From: an uncultured Gammaproteobacteria bacterium
Lineage (GTDB): Bacteria > Pseudomonadota > Gammaproteobacteria > JABCZS01
Length of the DNA: 64,000 nucleotides
NCBI GenBank assembly: GCA_963848305.1
Contig: CAWKDC010000001.1
Location: 1,280,001-1,344,000, forward strand
Reading direction: 5' to 3'
The position numbers and the translations under genes were made by a program. The notes beneath the pieces were generated by a model that saw nothing but the letters and a program-made list of their open reading frames with translations, ran no database searches and was not told where the DNA came from. This document shows positions 62,129 through 64,000 of the stretch, piece after piece. Within the stretch, counting starts at the first letter, position 1. Each line of letters begins with the position of its first letter.

Positions 62129-63901
62129 TTACATCGCCTCAGGGGCTGAGACGCCCAACAGCGTCAAGCCGTTTTTCAATACTTGCCGGGTGGCTGCAAT
62201 CAAGCACAAACGCGCGTCGCGCAAGGCTTCATTGTTATCCAAGAATATATGTGCATTGTAGTAGCTATGAAGCGCATGTGCGAGTTCTCGCAAATAAATC
62301 GCAATGCGATGGGGTTCCAGGGCTGTGGATGCTTGTGCGATCAATTCTGGATAGCGGTTGAGTTCTTTCAATAAAGCTTCTTCATGAGGGGTGTTCAACA
62401 GCGCCGTGTTGGCGAGACCCTTGTTCGGATGGTATTGATAACCCTTTTCAGGTAATTGTTTGAATACCGCGCAAATACGGGCATGTGCATATTGAATATA
62501 ATAGACAGGATTTTCGTTAGACTGTGATTTCGCCAATTCCAAATCAAAATCCATGTGATGATCAGCTTTGCGCATCACGTAGAAAAAGCGGGCAGCATCA
62601 TTGCCGACTTCCTCACGTAATTCACGCAATGTCACGAATGAACCACTGCGGGTAGACATTTGAACACGTTCTTCCCCCCGATATAAGACAGCGAATTGCA
62701 CAATTTCAAAAGCGACATCTTCATTTTTGTGTCCGAAAGCTTCGATGCATGCGCGCAGACGAGGCACATAACCGTGGTGATCCGATCCAAAAATGTAAAT
62801 GAGTTTTTGTGCGCCGCGATCAAATTTGTTGAGCATGTAAGCGATATCAGAAGCGAAATAAGTGGTTTGACCATTCGCACGTTGTACACAACGATCTTTA
62901 TCATCACCGAAAGCGGTCGATCTGAACCAAATGCCACCGTCCTTTTCATATAAATGTCCGTGACGTTTTAAGACATCAAATGCATGGGCAATCGCACCGG
63001 ATGTTTCAAGGGATTTTTCGGAAAACCATGCCTCAAATATCACGCCGAAATCAGCAAGGTCATCACGAATATCATCCAATACGGTATTCAGTGCTAAATT
63101 AAATACAGCATTGTAATGGGTGGTGCCCAAGAGTTTTTTTGCATTCACGATCAAGGCATCAATGTGGGCTTCTTTGTCACCCTCATCGGGTTTGTCAGGA
63201 TGGGCATCGGGTGGCACATTTTGAAATAATTCATCGGCTGTTTTGATCAAACCATTGCCGTATTGTTTGATCAAGACAGCAACCATGTTTTTTAAATAAT
63301 CGCCTTTATAAGCATTGCTCGGAAATGGAAATACGACGCCTTGCGCTTCGAGATAACGCAGCCAAAGGCTGGTGGCTAAAATATCCATTTGACGGCCGGC
63401 ATCATTCACATAATATTCACTGTGCACATCATAACCGGTTGCTTTCAGCAAACGTGCGAGCGAGGCGCCGAATGCTGCGCCGCGGCCATGCCCAACATGT
63501 AACGGGCCGGTAGGATTAGAGGAGACATATTCTAAAAAGACGCGCGTGTGCTTGCCCATGTTATTCTCGCCGAAGCGGTTTTGTTGTTCGAGAATGGTTT
63601 GAAGGATATGCGTATTAGAATCGGCGGCGAGGAAGAAGTTGATAAAGCCAGGTGCGGCTACAACAACTTTGCTGATGATGGGTGAATGGGGGAGTGTGGC
63701 GACGAGGGCGTTGGCAATCTCCATGGGCGGTTTTTTGGCTGCCTTGGCCAGCATCATCGCGAGGTTGGTCGCAAAATCGCCATGCACGGGGTCTTTGGTG
63801 CGCTCGAGGTGAATGGGTACATTCGCATCAGCGGGAATCAGGCCATCTTGTTTGACGTGTGCCAAAGCTTGGGCGAGGAGGGCAAGGACGGTGTCTTTCA
63901 T
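62129..63901 (-). CDS. argS: Arginine--tRNA ligase
   Basis: HGDFATN, SSNPTGPLHVGHGRGA, YYVNDAGRQ, MSTRSG, NPVYYIQYAHAR. Confidence 0.97.
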   Translation of the reverse strand: MKDTVLALLAQALAHVKQDGLIPADANVPIHLERTKDPVHGDFATNLAMMLAKAAKKPPMEIANALVATLPHSPIISKVVVAAPGFINFFLAADSNTHILQTILEQQNRFGENNMGKHTRVFLEYVSSNPTGPLHVGHGRGAAFGASLARLLKATGYDVHSEYYVNDAGRQMDILATSLWLRYLEAQGVVFPFPSNAYKGDYLKNMVAVLIKQYGNGLIKTADELFQNVPPDAHPDKPDEGDKEAHIDALIVNAKKLLGTTHYNAVFNLALNTVLDDIRDDLADFGVIFEAWFSEKSLETSGAIAHAFDVLKRHGHLYEKDGGIWFRSTAFGDDKDRCVQRANGQTTYFASDIAYMLNKFDRGAQKLIYIFGSDHHGYVPRLRACIEAFGHKNEDVAFEIVQFAVLYRGEERVQMSTRSGSFVTLRELREEVGNDAARFFYVMRKADHHMDFDLELAKSQSNENPVYYIQYAHARICAVFKQLPEKGYQYHPNKGLANTALLNTPHEEALLKELNRYPELIAQASTALEPHRIAIYLRELAHALHSYYNAHIFLDNNEALRDARLCLIAATRQVLKNGLTLLGVSAPEAM

Positions 63902-64000
63902 TGTGTCAAATTCCCAAAGTAATGTGCCCCTTTTGTCGGGGTTTGCTTCTGGTGGATGTTCGGGTCATGTGTTGCCAAACACGCCGTGAATACATCCCTG

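Overview
A 64 kb chromosomal segment of a gammaproteobacterium. Gene order and content (astA-astD-astB, ubiE-ubiJ-ubiB, hslVU, accBC-prmA-fis-purHD) plus large AT-rich orphan proteins suggest a Legionellales/Coxiellales-like, possibly host-associated lineage; this is inference. Most of the window is housekeeping genes, including one tRNA-Arg(CCG). About ten genes carry single frameshifts, most likely long-read assembly errors. Accessory DNA lies between the core genes: two intact RelE/HigB-HTH toxin-antitoxin pairs, a Fic protein, and several collapsed modules that the ORF track misses (VapBC, HipA, BrnT/BrnA, CPBP protease, AAA ATPase). A GTAG-type REP family and an ERIC-like 182-bp palindromic element are also present. 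The most notable items are: (i) a 1,602-aa AT-rich orphan with a divergent class II (CCA/poly(A) polymerase-like) nucleotidyltransferase head, inserted antisense into the ubiB-hinT-tat region; (ii) the rod-like ERIC-like element upstream of rpmB; (iii) a stand-alone sRNA candidate after kdsB; (iv) a symmetric bidirectional promoter predicting leaderless rep and ABC-F mRNAs. No CRISPR array, rRNA, integrase or intact transposase was seen.
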